Below, in pieces: positions 31,763-51,030 of a stretch of DNA of 64,000 nucleotides (positions are counted from its first letter, which is position 1; every line of letters begins with the position of its first letter). Under the pieces are notes generated by a model. The model worked only from the letters and a program-made list of their open reading frames with translations. It made no database searches and was not told the origin of the DNA. The stretch is taken from assembly GCA_964016885.1 (NCBI GenBank), contig OZ024741.1, positions 327,608,001 to 327,672,000 on the forward strand, given 5' to 3'. The translations under genes were made by a program, and so were the position numbers. This DNA comes from Eledone cirrhosa (taxonomy: Eukaryota).

Positions 31763-33434
31763 TAAATTAGCGAGAATCGTATTTCAGCACAGGAATTAAC
31801 GAAAATCAACATCCGATATGTGTGGCAAGCGCTCGATGATTCATGTGAATCAGAGCTACAACATACGCTAAGGGCCAAACACACTGAGATGATGGTTAAA
31901 CATATCATCCGCACAGCCAAAACAAACGACCAAGTAATTCGGGTCAAACAATAAAAATATATGTGTTGATACTTTCCCGGACCCTGGACTGATGGTAAAA
32001 TCCAGTATTGGTTTCTGCGACTCCAAAATCAGGTACTGTCCGCCTCCATAAAGAATGTCTGGCTTCAGGTAAGATGATGAACAAGGAAGTCGTGTTATCA
32101 AAGGGTTTTGTTCTAGGATGCTATAGATAAGGGTGTCTATATATATATATGTGTGTGTATGTGTGTGTGTGTGTGTGTGTGTGAGTGTGTGTGTATGTGT
32201 GTGTTTCTTTGTGAGAGGAATCGGGATGGAAATTAAACTACATTTTCGTTCGAATTTCCTTTACCTTGTATATGAAATCATTTCCTTGGGATCATGTTAA
32301 AAAAATGTGTTTCTCTAACACGTGATTCTGAGTTCGAAATATGGAGAACACTTAAGCAATACTAAATTGCCTTCGACGCAAAACAACTTTTCATAAATAT
32401 TTAAATAATTTCAGTTCTGTATTTTGTTCTGCCACATGACATGATCTCACTGAAATCATGTATTGAAACTATAGATCGCAAATGAAATATTTTAGACATT
32501 AAAAGTATCACTCACTCACACACATATGGATTTCTAAATTTACATTACAATATCACTTATTTCTTGATGTCAAAATACTTGTCGCATTTGTCGACAGCTT
32601 AATTTAATCTTATAACAGGTGACATATGTACTTAATATATTCTATCATATTATGATTGAATAACACATTCCTTCACGGCGAACTTACAGGTGAAAAGGAA
32701 ACGCGACTCTTAAATATTGTAGTTCAAACGTTGAACCTTACGTTGCCGCATCTATGACGAGGTGTTGTTATACATTGAAACTGATGTCAATAGATTTCTA
32801 AAAAATTGTAATCGATTTTCATCTTCACTTCAAATTGCTTGCCTTCTGCCAAAAATAGAAACAATCATTATAATGAAATCTAATTCGATGTTTATTCTGA
32901 AATATTTAACTCGTTCAAATAATGTAGCAATCTTCATGACAGAGAAATAATCATCGTTTGGTTATGTGTTATATCCAGTCAGTAGTTAGTATTTAGCAAT
33001 ATATCTAGCCTCTATAAAGCTGGTTACGTTAAAATGTCTGCTTTTCGATGTCTCATTCATTTGAATACGGCCAATATGGGTTACGGCCTGAAACGAATTT
33101 ACTCAAATATATTGTCCCCCATGCATATATTTTATTGTCTGGTATTTATTGTATCGATCTCGTTTTGACAAACTACTAGATTTTACCAAACATAGGCACA
33201 TACACACACGTAAATATACACATAACTACAATACTAATATATATATATATATGATGAAAGCATACCATAATTTAACATGGTATCCTCGAAATATGTATAA
33301 TAAAATAGATATGGTTTTATAAATATAGTTTCCATTTGTTAATATCGTATATTTACTCCAAATACTTGTCGAGTGCTTTATATCAGTTATAAAAATATTT
33401 GCTTGTTATATCACAACAATTTAAATAGAACTTT

Positions 33435-33465
<31 letters not shown>

Positions 33466-33496
33466 CGTTAAGTTTTTTTTTTATATCGATATTGTC

Positions 33497-33623
33497 GGGC
33501 ATCCACTGATGATTTATAAGTGCCCAGCTACATATATTCCTATGGACTATGTGTAGGCTTCTACATAACCTGGACAATATTTTCCCAATTTGTAGAACAC
33601 TTATAGTGAAACGATCGTTTCGG
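33497..33623 (+). ncRNA. Hammerhead with ~95-nt stem II domain (diverged homologue 55045-55175 -)
   Basis: cca-CTGATGA-tt tataagtg...cacttata gt-GAAA-cgatcg-TT; homologue has stem III ACAATTGT and stem I ttcca/tggaa. Confidence 0.7.
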
Positions 33624-33832
33624 GAGAGAGGTGTATTTAATTATGTCTCATATAAAAAATAATAGAACTGGCTATCCGCAAAATACGTATAGTTAGCACC
33701 ACAAATTATAATTGGGATTATACTAAGGTATATCCTAATGTTTGTTGAGTGAGACGGAAGCCGGTCGGAGTATTGCTTAAAGCTTTCTCTGTTAATATAT
33801 TAAATATATATATATGTATATTTATATATATA

Positions 33833-33968
<136 letters not shown>

Positions 33969-33974
33969 TATATA

Positions 33975-34893
33975 CTAGAATTGGAGCTCTGAAATAGCAA
34001 CATATATATGAATGTATATATAATGTATTTTGCAATACACTTTATGCTTAATTAAAAGCATTTTGAAGACCGTATGCTATTGTTTTAGAGTAGTGACAAA
34101 GTCACTTACTTTAATCTCAGCAAACAGGGGAGATAATCCGACAAGGCCTTGTTTCGCATTTATTGATGCTTATCAAGGCTAACTACTCCATCCTGTCTAC
34201 TGAGATCACTGATGTTATATTCTTATAGAATTCTAGTAAATAATCAGGAGCTGATTATACAAATTAAAAATTAGAATTGGAGCTCTGAAATAGCAATATA
34301 TATATGAATGTATATAATTTCTGCCTGACATGCAACTGCTCTGTATGATCAGCTCCTGATTATTTACTAGAATTCTATAAGAATATAACATCAGTGATCT
34401 CAGTAGACAGGAGGGAGTAGTTAGCCTTGATAAGCATCAATAAATGCGAAACAAGGCATTGTCGGCTTATCTCCCCTGTTTGCTGAGATTAAAGTAAGTG
34501 ACTTTGTCACTACTCTAAAAACTAGCAGACGGTCTTCAAAATGCTTTTAATTAAGCATGAAGTGTATTGCAAAATACATTATATATACATTCATATACAT
34601 ATTGCTATTTCAGAGCTCCAATTCTAATTTTTAATTTCTGCCTGACCTGCAACTGCTCTGTATAATCAACTCCTGATTATTTACTAGAATTCTATAAGAA
34701 TATAACATCAGTGATCTCAGTAGACAGGAGGGAGTATTTAGCCTTGATAAGCATCAATAAATGCGAAACAAGGCCTTGTCGGCTTATCTCCCCTGTTTGC
34801 TGAGATTAAAGTAAATGACTTCGTCACTACTCTAAAACAATAGCATACGGTCTTCAAAATGCTTTTAATTAAGCATAAAGTGTATTGCAAAAT
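33975..34893. mobile_element. Retrozyme-like 317-bp tandem unit (~2 direct copies + 1 inverted)
   Basis: HHRs at 34136-34180 (-), 34423-34467 (+), 34740-34784 (+); homologous to 846-1545. Confidence 0.85.
34740..34784 (+). ncRNA. Type I hammerhead, U3-A8 variant
   Basis: agcc-TTGATAA-gcat caataa atgc-GAAA-caa ggcc ttg-TC-ggct; all three stems perfect. Confidence 0.88.
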
Positions 34894-35376
34894 ACCTCTC
34901 TAAAATACCTCTCAACCTCTCTATGTAAAACTATATATCTTTTCTCAGTTATAAAAACTATCTCTTTCTCTCTATCACCCATCTCTTTCTCTCCACCTTC
35001 ACTCTCATCTCCTCCCCTTTTTTCATCCTTTCCCCCCCCCCTCCCTAAATAAAATATTTTTTCCTCGTACATACTTTTCCCTTCGTAATTTTCAAATTCT
35101 TTTAATTTATACATTATCTTCCAACGGTTTTCAACCTCTCTATGTAAAACAATATATCTTCACTCAGTTATAAAAACTATCTCTTTCTCTCTATCACCCA
35201 TCTCTCCCACTCCACCTTTACTCTCATCTCCTCCCCTTTTTCATCCTTTCCACCCCCCCTCTCTAAATAAAATATTTTTCCCAATATCACACATCAATCT
35301 AAAACCACTTTTCATATGTTGATTTAAAACTGCACTATCCACAAGTGTTTTTTAGCCTTCATATCATGTTCTCCTG

Positions 35377-35443
35377 TTTTATCTGATGAAAACACAAATA
35401 TTATTGCATGATGATGTTTGTTTTTGAAATGCGCATAATAAAA
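35377..35443 (+). ncRNA. Type I hammerhead
   Basis: ttttat-CTGATGA-long imperfect stem II-GAAA-tg cg ca-TA-ataaaa. Confidence 0.75.
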
Positions 35444-35616
35444 TACATGGAACTCCTTTAACCATCTTTTGATCTTATATTATGTATACTCCAGTCCTAC
35501 AAACTGTAGTGTGCTTCTTATCCGATATCTGCATTGCTTTATTGTACTACAATAAAACTCACCTCCTACATATATATATAGTTAAAAGAATAGAGGTGTA
35601 ACACACAAGTTATTAT

Positions 35617-36153
35617 ATATTGGTAAACGGAATAGAAAATGCTGACAAATTGTTCACAGTTGAAAAATGGTTTAATTAGGAATAAAAGAGTATTAGTGAT
35701 TGTATGGGTTAGTATTCAGTTGTGGTTTTAAGTTTTTAAGTTATTACCGGTTGCGCATTTCTAAATGCTTTTCAAAAATAATTTTGAGATAGAGTGTCCG
35801 TGCTGTTTGCTCTGATCTGATTAGTTTTGGGAATTCTACCTGTTTTTATGTTAAAAAATGGCTCCAGCGTTATTTTTGTGTTGCAAACATTCTTGTGTTC
35901 AAAACAATTTTGATTGGTCGGTAGAGGTCATGTGAATGTAACAAGTTGATTTTGCGCCAAGACTGTTTTTATGTTAAAATGTTGAAAAAGTGGCTCCAGC
36001 AAAAATTATTGGTCAAAACAATTTTGATTGGTCGGTAGAGGTCATGTGGATAAAAAATTGGTTTTGCGCCAAGATTGAGAAATGACTCTTTCACAACAAA
36101 TATGTGTGTGTGTGTGTGTGTGTATGTGTGTGTGTGTGCGTGTGTGTGTGTGT

Positions 36154-36196
<43 letters not shown>

Positions 36197-37272
36197 CTTC
36201 CATACATCTCCACACACAACCCCCTCAACAATGAGGCCTTTGACACCATCCTCCAGAACATCCCTGTATTGAAAAAGGACCATAGAATGTACCAAATTCT
36301 ACGAACACACGATATCATAAAGAGCAAAAGACAATCCAAGTCAATGAAAAACATCTTAACACATGCCAAAGTACTGCCAACCACAACAACGAAACCCACA
36401 GTAATAAAATGCGATAGACCCAACTGTGGCATTTGCATCAACCTAATAGAGGGTTCGGAATTCTATTTCAAAGATGGACAACGTTTTATAGTAAAACACA
36501 ATTTCACATGTGCATCGGAAAATCTAATATATGTATTAACTTGTTCAGGTTGTCGAGAACAATACATAGGCCAGACCAAAAACAGCCTCCGCCAACGCAT
36601 GACTGTCCATAGATCCCAAATTAAAATAAGGGCATACAGGAAAATACCACTGAGTGAACACATTTATACCTGTGCCGCCTAAAATCATCCCAACTTCAGA
36701 ATCTTTCCCCTCTACAAATTTAAAGATAATGCCACCCACACCCAGCGCATCAGCAAGGAGTCTTACTTCATTAACAAATACGGACCCCGTCTAAACACTT
36801 CTCCCTAAGACGAACCCACAACATACACACGTCAACATACATACCTACATCAGCACACATCTCTACCCACATATAAACACAATGACACACGTAAACACAC
36901 ATGCTCTATGGTGCAATACAAAAAAATATATGTGCATATATATGTATGTATATATGTATATATATATATATATGTAGTGAATGTATGTATGTGTGTATAT
37001 ATATATAGTGAATATCATTTCACACCTCTTATTGTTAAGATTTTTGATGTTCTATTAAGAGAAACGATTTTACTGAAAAAATCGAATAATGTACAACATT
37101 TTACCAGGGGGAAAAAAATACTGGTCCACCCACACACACACATATATACACAAACACATACACACGCGTACATCAACATACAAAGAGACTTATACACACA
37201 CACACACACACACGCACTTCTCCGTATAAGACAAAAGCTGAAAAATATCTTTTGACCTTCGAATGACTCTGC

Positions 37273-37333
<61 letters not shown>

Positions 37334-37420
37334 ATCTTAATAGCCATTTGACACACATCGCTGCTGGCCATTGTCGCAGCATCGAACACCTTACTACTAC
37401 TACTACACACACACACACAC

Positions 37421-37453
<33 letters not shown>

Positions 37454-37959
37454 CACACACATACACACACACACACACATATTTGTTGTGAAAGAGTCAT
37501 TTCTCAATCTTGGCGCAAAACCAATTTTTTATCCACATGACCTCTACCGACCAATCAAAATTGTTTTGACCAATAATTTTTGCAGGAGCCACTTTTTTAA
37601 CATTTTAACATAAAAACAGTCTTGGCGCAAAATCAACTTTTTACATTCACATGACCTCTACCGACCAATCAAAATTGTTTTGACCACAAGCAGTTTTGCA
37701 ACACAAAAATAACGCTGGAGCCACTTTTTTAACATAAAAACAGGTAGAATTCCCAAAACTAATCAGATCAGAGCAAACAGCACGGACACTCTATCCCAAA
37801 ATTATTTTTGAAAAGCATTTAGAAATGCGCAACCGGTAATAACTTAAAAACTTAAAACCACAACTGAATACTAACCCATACAATCACTAATACTCTTTTA
37901 TTCCTAATTAAACCATTTTTCAACTGTGAACAATTTGTCACCATTTTCTATTCCGTTTA

Positions 37960-37965
<6 letters not shown>
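35617..37965 (+). mobile_element. 5'-truncated Neptune-like PLE (GIY-YIG remnant 36195-36810) with long inverted ends (35617-36195 / 37405-37965)
   Basis: KCDRPNCGIC..FTCASENLIYVLTCSGCREQYIGQTKNSLRQRMTVHR; HHR-like TTGAAAA gcattt ag aaatgc GCAA ccgg TA at 37802-37842. Confidence 0.85.
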
Positions 37966-37997
<32 letters not shown>

Positions 37998-38109
37998 ATT
38001 ATATATATATTTATATATATAATTTTTATATATATATTTATATATATATAAATATATGTATATATATATAATTTATATATATATAAATATTTATATATGG
38101 ATATTTTTG

Positions 38110-38155
<46 letters not shown>

Positions 38156-38301
38156 AATATATATATATATATATATAGTAATAATAATAAATTTGAAGAC
38201 TAAAATCCAAAGAGGGCTCGATAAGGATAAATAAATATAAAATATATAAGAACCGTAGAGCAAATATTTATTAAAATATATTTATACATATATTTATATT
38301 T

Positions 38302-38370
<69 letters not shown>

Positions 38371-38396
38371 GATAGATATATATATTTATATATATG

Positions 38397-38443
<47 letters not shown>

Positions 38444-38577
38444 ATACATATATTTATATATATATACATATATATATATATTTATATATATATATATATT
38501 TACATATATATATATATTTATATATATATATATATTTACATATATATATATATTTATATATATATATATATATATTA

Positions 38578-43018
<4,441 letters not shown>

Positions 43019-43146
43019 AGTTCTATTTAAATTGTTGGAATACAACAAGCAAATATTTTTTATAACTGATATAAAGCACTCAACAAGTTTTGGGTGTAAA
43101 CATACGATATTAACATATGGAAACTATATTTATAAAAGCATATTTA

Positions 43147-43397
43147 TTTCATTATACATATTTCAAGGACACCAAGTTAAATTATGGTGTGCTTTCATCA
43201 GACAAAATATAATATAGATCCCTTTTATAAATAAATATTGACATACCCTTAAAAAATGCGACCATTACTGTTGGAAGCTCTCGGGAGCTTCAAGGGTATG
43301 TCAATATTTATTTATAAAACTGATCTATATTATATGTTTTGTCTGATGAAAGCACACCATAATTTAACTTGGAGTCATTGAAATATGTATAATGAAA
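43147..43397. ncRNA. Inverted pair of hammerheads (43147-43207 -, 43337-43397 +) in hairpin element ~43015-43440
   Basis: ttttgt-CTGATGA-aagcacacca..tggtgtcctt-GAAA-ta tg ta-TA-atgaaa; same family at 12818-12878, ~33251-33305, 46583-46644 and 49193-49254, with covarying stem II. Confidence 0.8.
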
Positions 43398-43459
43398 TAA
43401 ATATGGTTTTATAAATATAGTTTCCATTTGTTAATAACGTATATATATATATACTTATA

Positions 43460-43670
43460 TATATTGTTATACTTTGGGAGGGTCATGTTGCCAATAAGAA
43501 ACGTACGCACCAGTGCTTTCACTTCAATTTATTATAATAAATTGAAGTACCAACTGGTACGTGTGTTTCTTATTGGCTACATGACTCTCCCAAAGTACAA
43601 CAATATCCGTTTCAACACATGTTTTCAGATAAAGAATCTTGCTAAACAAATTCAGAAACGAAATACTTAT
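43460..43670. repeat. Foldback of two PLE 3' termini (same terminus as 59809-59890)
   Basis: ttgttatactttgggagggtcatg...catgactctcccaaagtacaa inverted pair. Confidence 0.65.
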
Positions 43671-43695
43671 ATGTATATATATATATAAATATATA

Positions 43696-43800
<105 letters not shown>

Positions 43801-43818
43801 ATATATATATATTTACTC

Positions 43819-43872
<54 letters not shown>

Positions 43873-44619
43873 ATTTATATATATTATATATATATATATA
43901 TATAAGAGGGTGTTAAAGTTTGCTTGAAGCATTGTGAAATGTATAAAATACGTAGTTAAGAAAGCCACAACAATGCAGAGGGAAATCTCGAGGTAGGAAG
44001 TGAAAGATAGATAGGAAAAACAGGTGAAAGTGAAAATTGAGAGAGACAAAGATGAAAACAAAACAAAGGTAGAAGGGTTACCGTAGTGGAGATTTAATCC
44101 CAATATTTCGGGCTCACGCCCATCAACGGGGTAAAGTTCAAAAAGGGGGGGAACAGGCCAAGCGGAGAAAGTTGTGATGTCGTTAAGACAGGAATGCCGT
44201 TATGGGGAGAAAATTATTTAAAATTTAAACGAGGGAAAGAATGCGCGTGCGCGTGATAGGCTGTGGCAAAAGCTACTGACCAAAATCAAGAGGGTGCGCT
44301 AGCGAGTGAAAGCCGTAAAATATGTGTGTGTAAATATATATGTGTGTGTAACTGTGTGTGTATAAGTGTAAGTGTGTATATGTGTGAGTGTGTGTGTGTG
44401 TGAAAGATAGTGGGCTATAGAAGCTGGAAATCAAAGGGTATGAAAGGTGGTAGGTTGTAAAACATGTGTGCGTGTATAAATATAGATGTGTGTGTGTAAG
44501 CGTATGGGTATACATGTGTGTGTAATTGTGTGTGTATATGTGTGAGTGCGTTTGTGTGTGAAAGATAGTGGGCTGTAGAAGCTAGAAATCAAAGGGTGTG
44601 AAAGGTGGTAGGTTGTAAA

Positions 44620-45735
44620 AGTCACAGGGACCTCCTCGACTCTAATCGAGGAAGGCATTAACACCATATGGACTAACATCTGTGTCCAACGAAAACTGCC
44701 AAAGAAGGTAAAGAACAACATAACGACTCGAAACAGCAAATTACCCACCTTCTACCACCTGGTTAAAACACATAAACAAGGACCCGATTTGAAAATCAGG
44801 CCCATTGTCTCTAGCGTGGAGGGCCCACTCTACAAAATATCGTGGCTGCTCTCCACACTAGTGAAACCCATTCTACACACACTACCAGCCCACGTCTGCA
44901 GCTCAAAGGAGGTCTTGGAGCGACTACACCATCTGGCGCCCAACACCAGAAAGGACAACGGTTATGCCTTCAGTCTTGATGTGGTCGCCCTTTATACCTC
45001 CGTACCAGCATCCCCAGCTGTCGACCTGTTGACCGAACGAGTCCGAGCATCTAACTTACACTGCTTCGGACTCACACACACGGACATCCACCAACTCCTC
45101 TCCTTCGTTGTGGATAATGCACTCTTCAATTTCCTCGGCCACACGTACAAACAAATCTCTGGGCTACCTATGGGCTCTAGTCTGTCCGGCATACTTGCGA
45201 TCTCGTACATGGACCACCTGGAACGCAAGGTACTCAATACCTGCCAACCCAACGCCGTCGCCTTCTACTCCAGATACGTTGATGACATCCTGATACTTAC
45301 TTCTTCCCGGGAGATGGCGAATGAAATTCACCAAATCTTCAACGATACTGACCATCACGTCGATTTCACCATCGAACACCCAGGAGAAGACGGGTCACTC
45401 GCCCTCCTCGACTTCCGTATCAACATCTCGGAAGAAGGAGACATAAACACCACCTTCTACCGCAAAGCAGCGTGCAAGGACTTATTTGTGCAATATAACT
45501 CAGCCCTTCCCAACAACGCTAAGAGAGGCTATGTCCTAAATGAACTGACACGGATCACTAACAGATGCAGCGACCCGATGGGTGGTCTTACCCATACCAC
45601 GCAATTCCGTAATCTACTCAGATCTAATGGTTATCCCAAGCGACTGATTAACGGAATTAGAGACCCCAGACCCAATAGACAGACACCCACTAGAAACTTA
45701 AATAAAAGCAGGTTCTTCTTTAAAATCCCCCACCC
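44620..45735 (+). pseudogene. PLE reverse transcriptase fragment (Penelope/Poseidon-like), truncated at both ends; upstream 43905-44620 is a probable inverted pLTR
   Basis: KTHK..RPIVSS, SLDVVALYTSVP, GLPMGSSLS, YSRYVDDI, FTIEH, LLD, FYRK; the frame runs into a (TAA)n-bounded element before any GIY-YIG. Confidence 0.9.
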
Positions 45736-45739
45736 TTAT

Positions 45740-46232
45740 ACAATAATATTAATAATATCAATAATAATAATGTCCGTTTACTATTGTTTCGCTACTTCAT
45801 ATAATATTTCTGGATCAGATGACTATATATCATTATTGATCTGGTTCAGTTGAAAATAATTAACATATTTAAAAACAGAGCGGCTCATATGAACTTCAAA
45901 GGAATATAAATTAAAAGAAGGAGAGAATGTTACATAATGTAATGTTCCATATATTTGTATTTCACTATGGTTGTACAACTGATACAACCCGGACACCATA
46001 GTGAAATACCAATATATGGAACATTACATTATCTAACATTCTCTCCTTATTTTAATTTATATTCCTTTGAACTTCCGATGAGCCGCTCTGTTTTTAAATA
46101 TGTTAATTATTTTCAACTGAACCAGATCAATAATGATATATAGTCATCTGATCCAGAAATATTATATGGAGTAGCCAAACAATTGTAAACGGACATTATT
46201 ATTATTAATATTATTATTATTATTATTATTCT
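45740..46232. repeat. Hairpin element (45740-45955 / 46010-46230) bounded by (TAA)n, with decayed large-stem-II HHR
   Basis: Consensus of the two arms: gtt-C?GATGA-gccgctc...gagtagc-GAAA-c aatt g-TA-aac. Confidence 0.55.
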
Positions 46233-46345
46233 CTACATTCCTTTCACCAAACTAAAATATGTTGACAATCTTTTAATAATGTCTTCCTTGTGAAATTTGT
46301 GGTCTTGTTTTGCTTAACTAATGAATATATATAATTATATATATT

Positions 46346-49374
<3,029 letters not shown>

Positions 49375-50030
49375 TATTTTCCGTTGTGTTGTAATATAAA
49401 TATTACACACAGTAGATTATCAGCTCACGTAGAGTTTGCTCGACGGTTCCAGTTGTAGTTCCAAAAGTAATCCGGAGAAAAATAGAAAGATTTGAATGGA
49501 TACAGTTTAGTTGAAAGGAATTTATTGACACGTGTTGGGAAAAATTAGCTAAAAATGGGAAAAATTAGCTAAAAATGGGAAATATTAGCTAAAACCCAAA
49601 GCTTTTCCAGGAGCCAAAATTTCTGCAAATTGTGTAATCTTGAGATTTATTACATAATCACACACAAGAAGAAACTGCTGAATAACAGAATTGAACGAAC
49701 ATTATTCTGCCGTCACAGAACTAAAACCCTTTTTTCCCACTACAAGCCGAATATTACATAAAAGAGGGACATCCCCCAACTATATAAACCTTAATCTAGT
49801 TAGAAAAATATAAAAACAATCTCTTTTCAACATGTATTAATAACCTTAAATTACCATACTAATAATGAAAAGATATGCTGATGAGAATAGGTACAAATAT
49901 GCGATAATGAATGTGTCTAAAAACGTCCATAAGTATGTATATATATGTGAAAATGTATATAAATAAGTAAATATATATATATGTTTGATGTGTATAGTTG
50001 GATGTAAGTGTATTCATGTATTAAAGTGCT

Positions 50031-50063
<33 letters not shown>

Positions 50064-50086
50064 ATATGTGTGTATATATGTATGTG

Positions 50087-50119
<33 letters not shown>

Positions 50120-50709
50120 GTATACGTATATATGTATGTATATATGTGTATGTATGTATGTGTATATGGATGTGTATGTATGTGTATGTGTGTACACATG
50201 GACTAGAGTATGTATGTATATATGTGTGTGTCTATACGTGTGTATATATAAAGATAAGTTGAGTACGAAAATGTATACACATGAGCGCGTATGTATGTAC
50301 ATGAATACATGTGTGTATATATATGTGTATGCATGTGTATATATATGTAAGTATGAATATGTGAATTGTGAGTATATGTATTTTGTAGAGGTGTGCAAAT
50401 ATATTTGTGTGTGAATGCGTGGGTGAAAGAATACGTACACTTGAAAGAAAAATTTAAGTCTGAATGTTAAGTGCAAACACAAAACCAACCACGCATATCT
50501 TTACTATCTCTAATCCTTCTATAGATTTAGAAAAATAACCAATAATATATTCTATAAAAAATGTCAAAACAACAGATGGGAATCTAATTAATCACTGCCA
50601 CCAAGAATTCTCACTGCTATCGAAAAACCACTCCTTCAACTATTCTTCTAACAACTTCACCCCTTCCTCCTAATATTCTCTATAAAAACTAAATAGGTCC
50701 TCAGTAATA

Positions 50710-50826
50710 TTATCCTGATGAAATGACAGTAAATAATAACATTGAAATATTGAATGTCTGCATAACTAAAAGTTTGTAGATAGCTGTTTTAGGTTATGTA
50801 ACTGTTATAGAAACACGTGTCAATAA
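50710..50826 (+). ncRNA. pLTR hammerhead with branched stem II (second copy 54303-54419)
   Basis: CTGATGA-a atgacagt...actgttat a-GAAA-cacgtg-TC-aataa; stem I is short and AU-rich with a C.A first pair. Confidence 0.7.
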
Positions 50827-51030
50827 ATTCCTTTCAACTAAACTGTATCCATTCAAATCTTTCTATTTTTCTCCGGATTACTTTTGGAACTACAACTGGA
50901 ACCGTCGAGCAAACTCTACGTGAGCTGATAATCTACTGTGTGTAATATTTATATTACAACACAACGGAAAATACTGTATATTTACCTCCTGTAAAGTCGA
51001 GCAACCCACACAGCAAACGCAACCACAACA

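Noticed and set aside
32170-33240. Unique-looking AT-rich stretch as a possible host exon or promoter
   Set aside because: No credible ORF or motif support.
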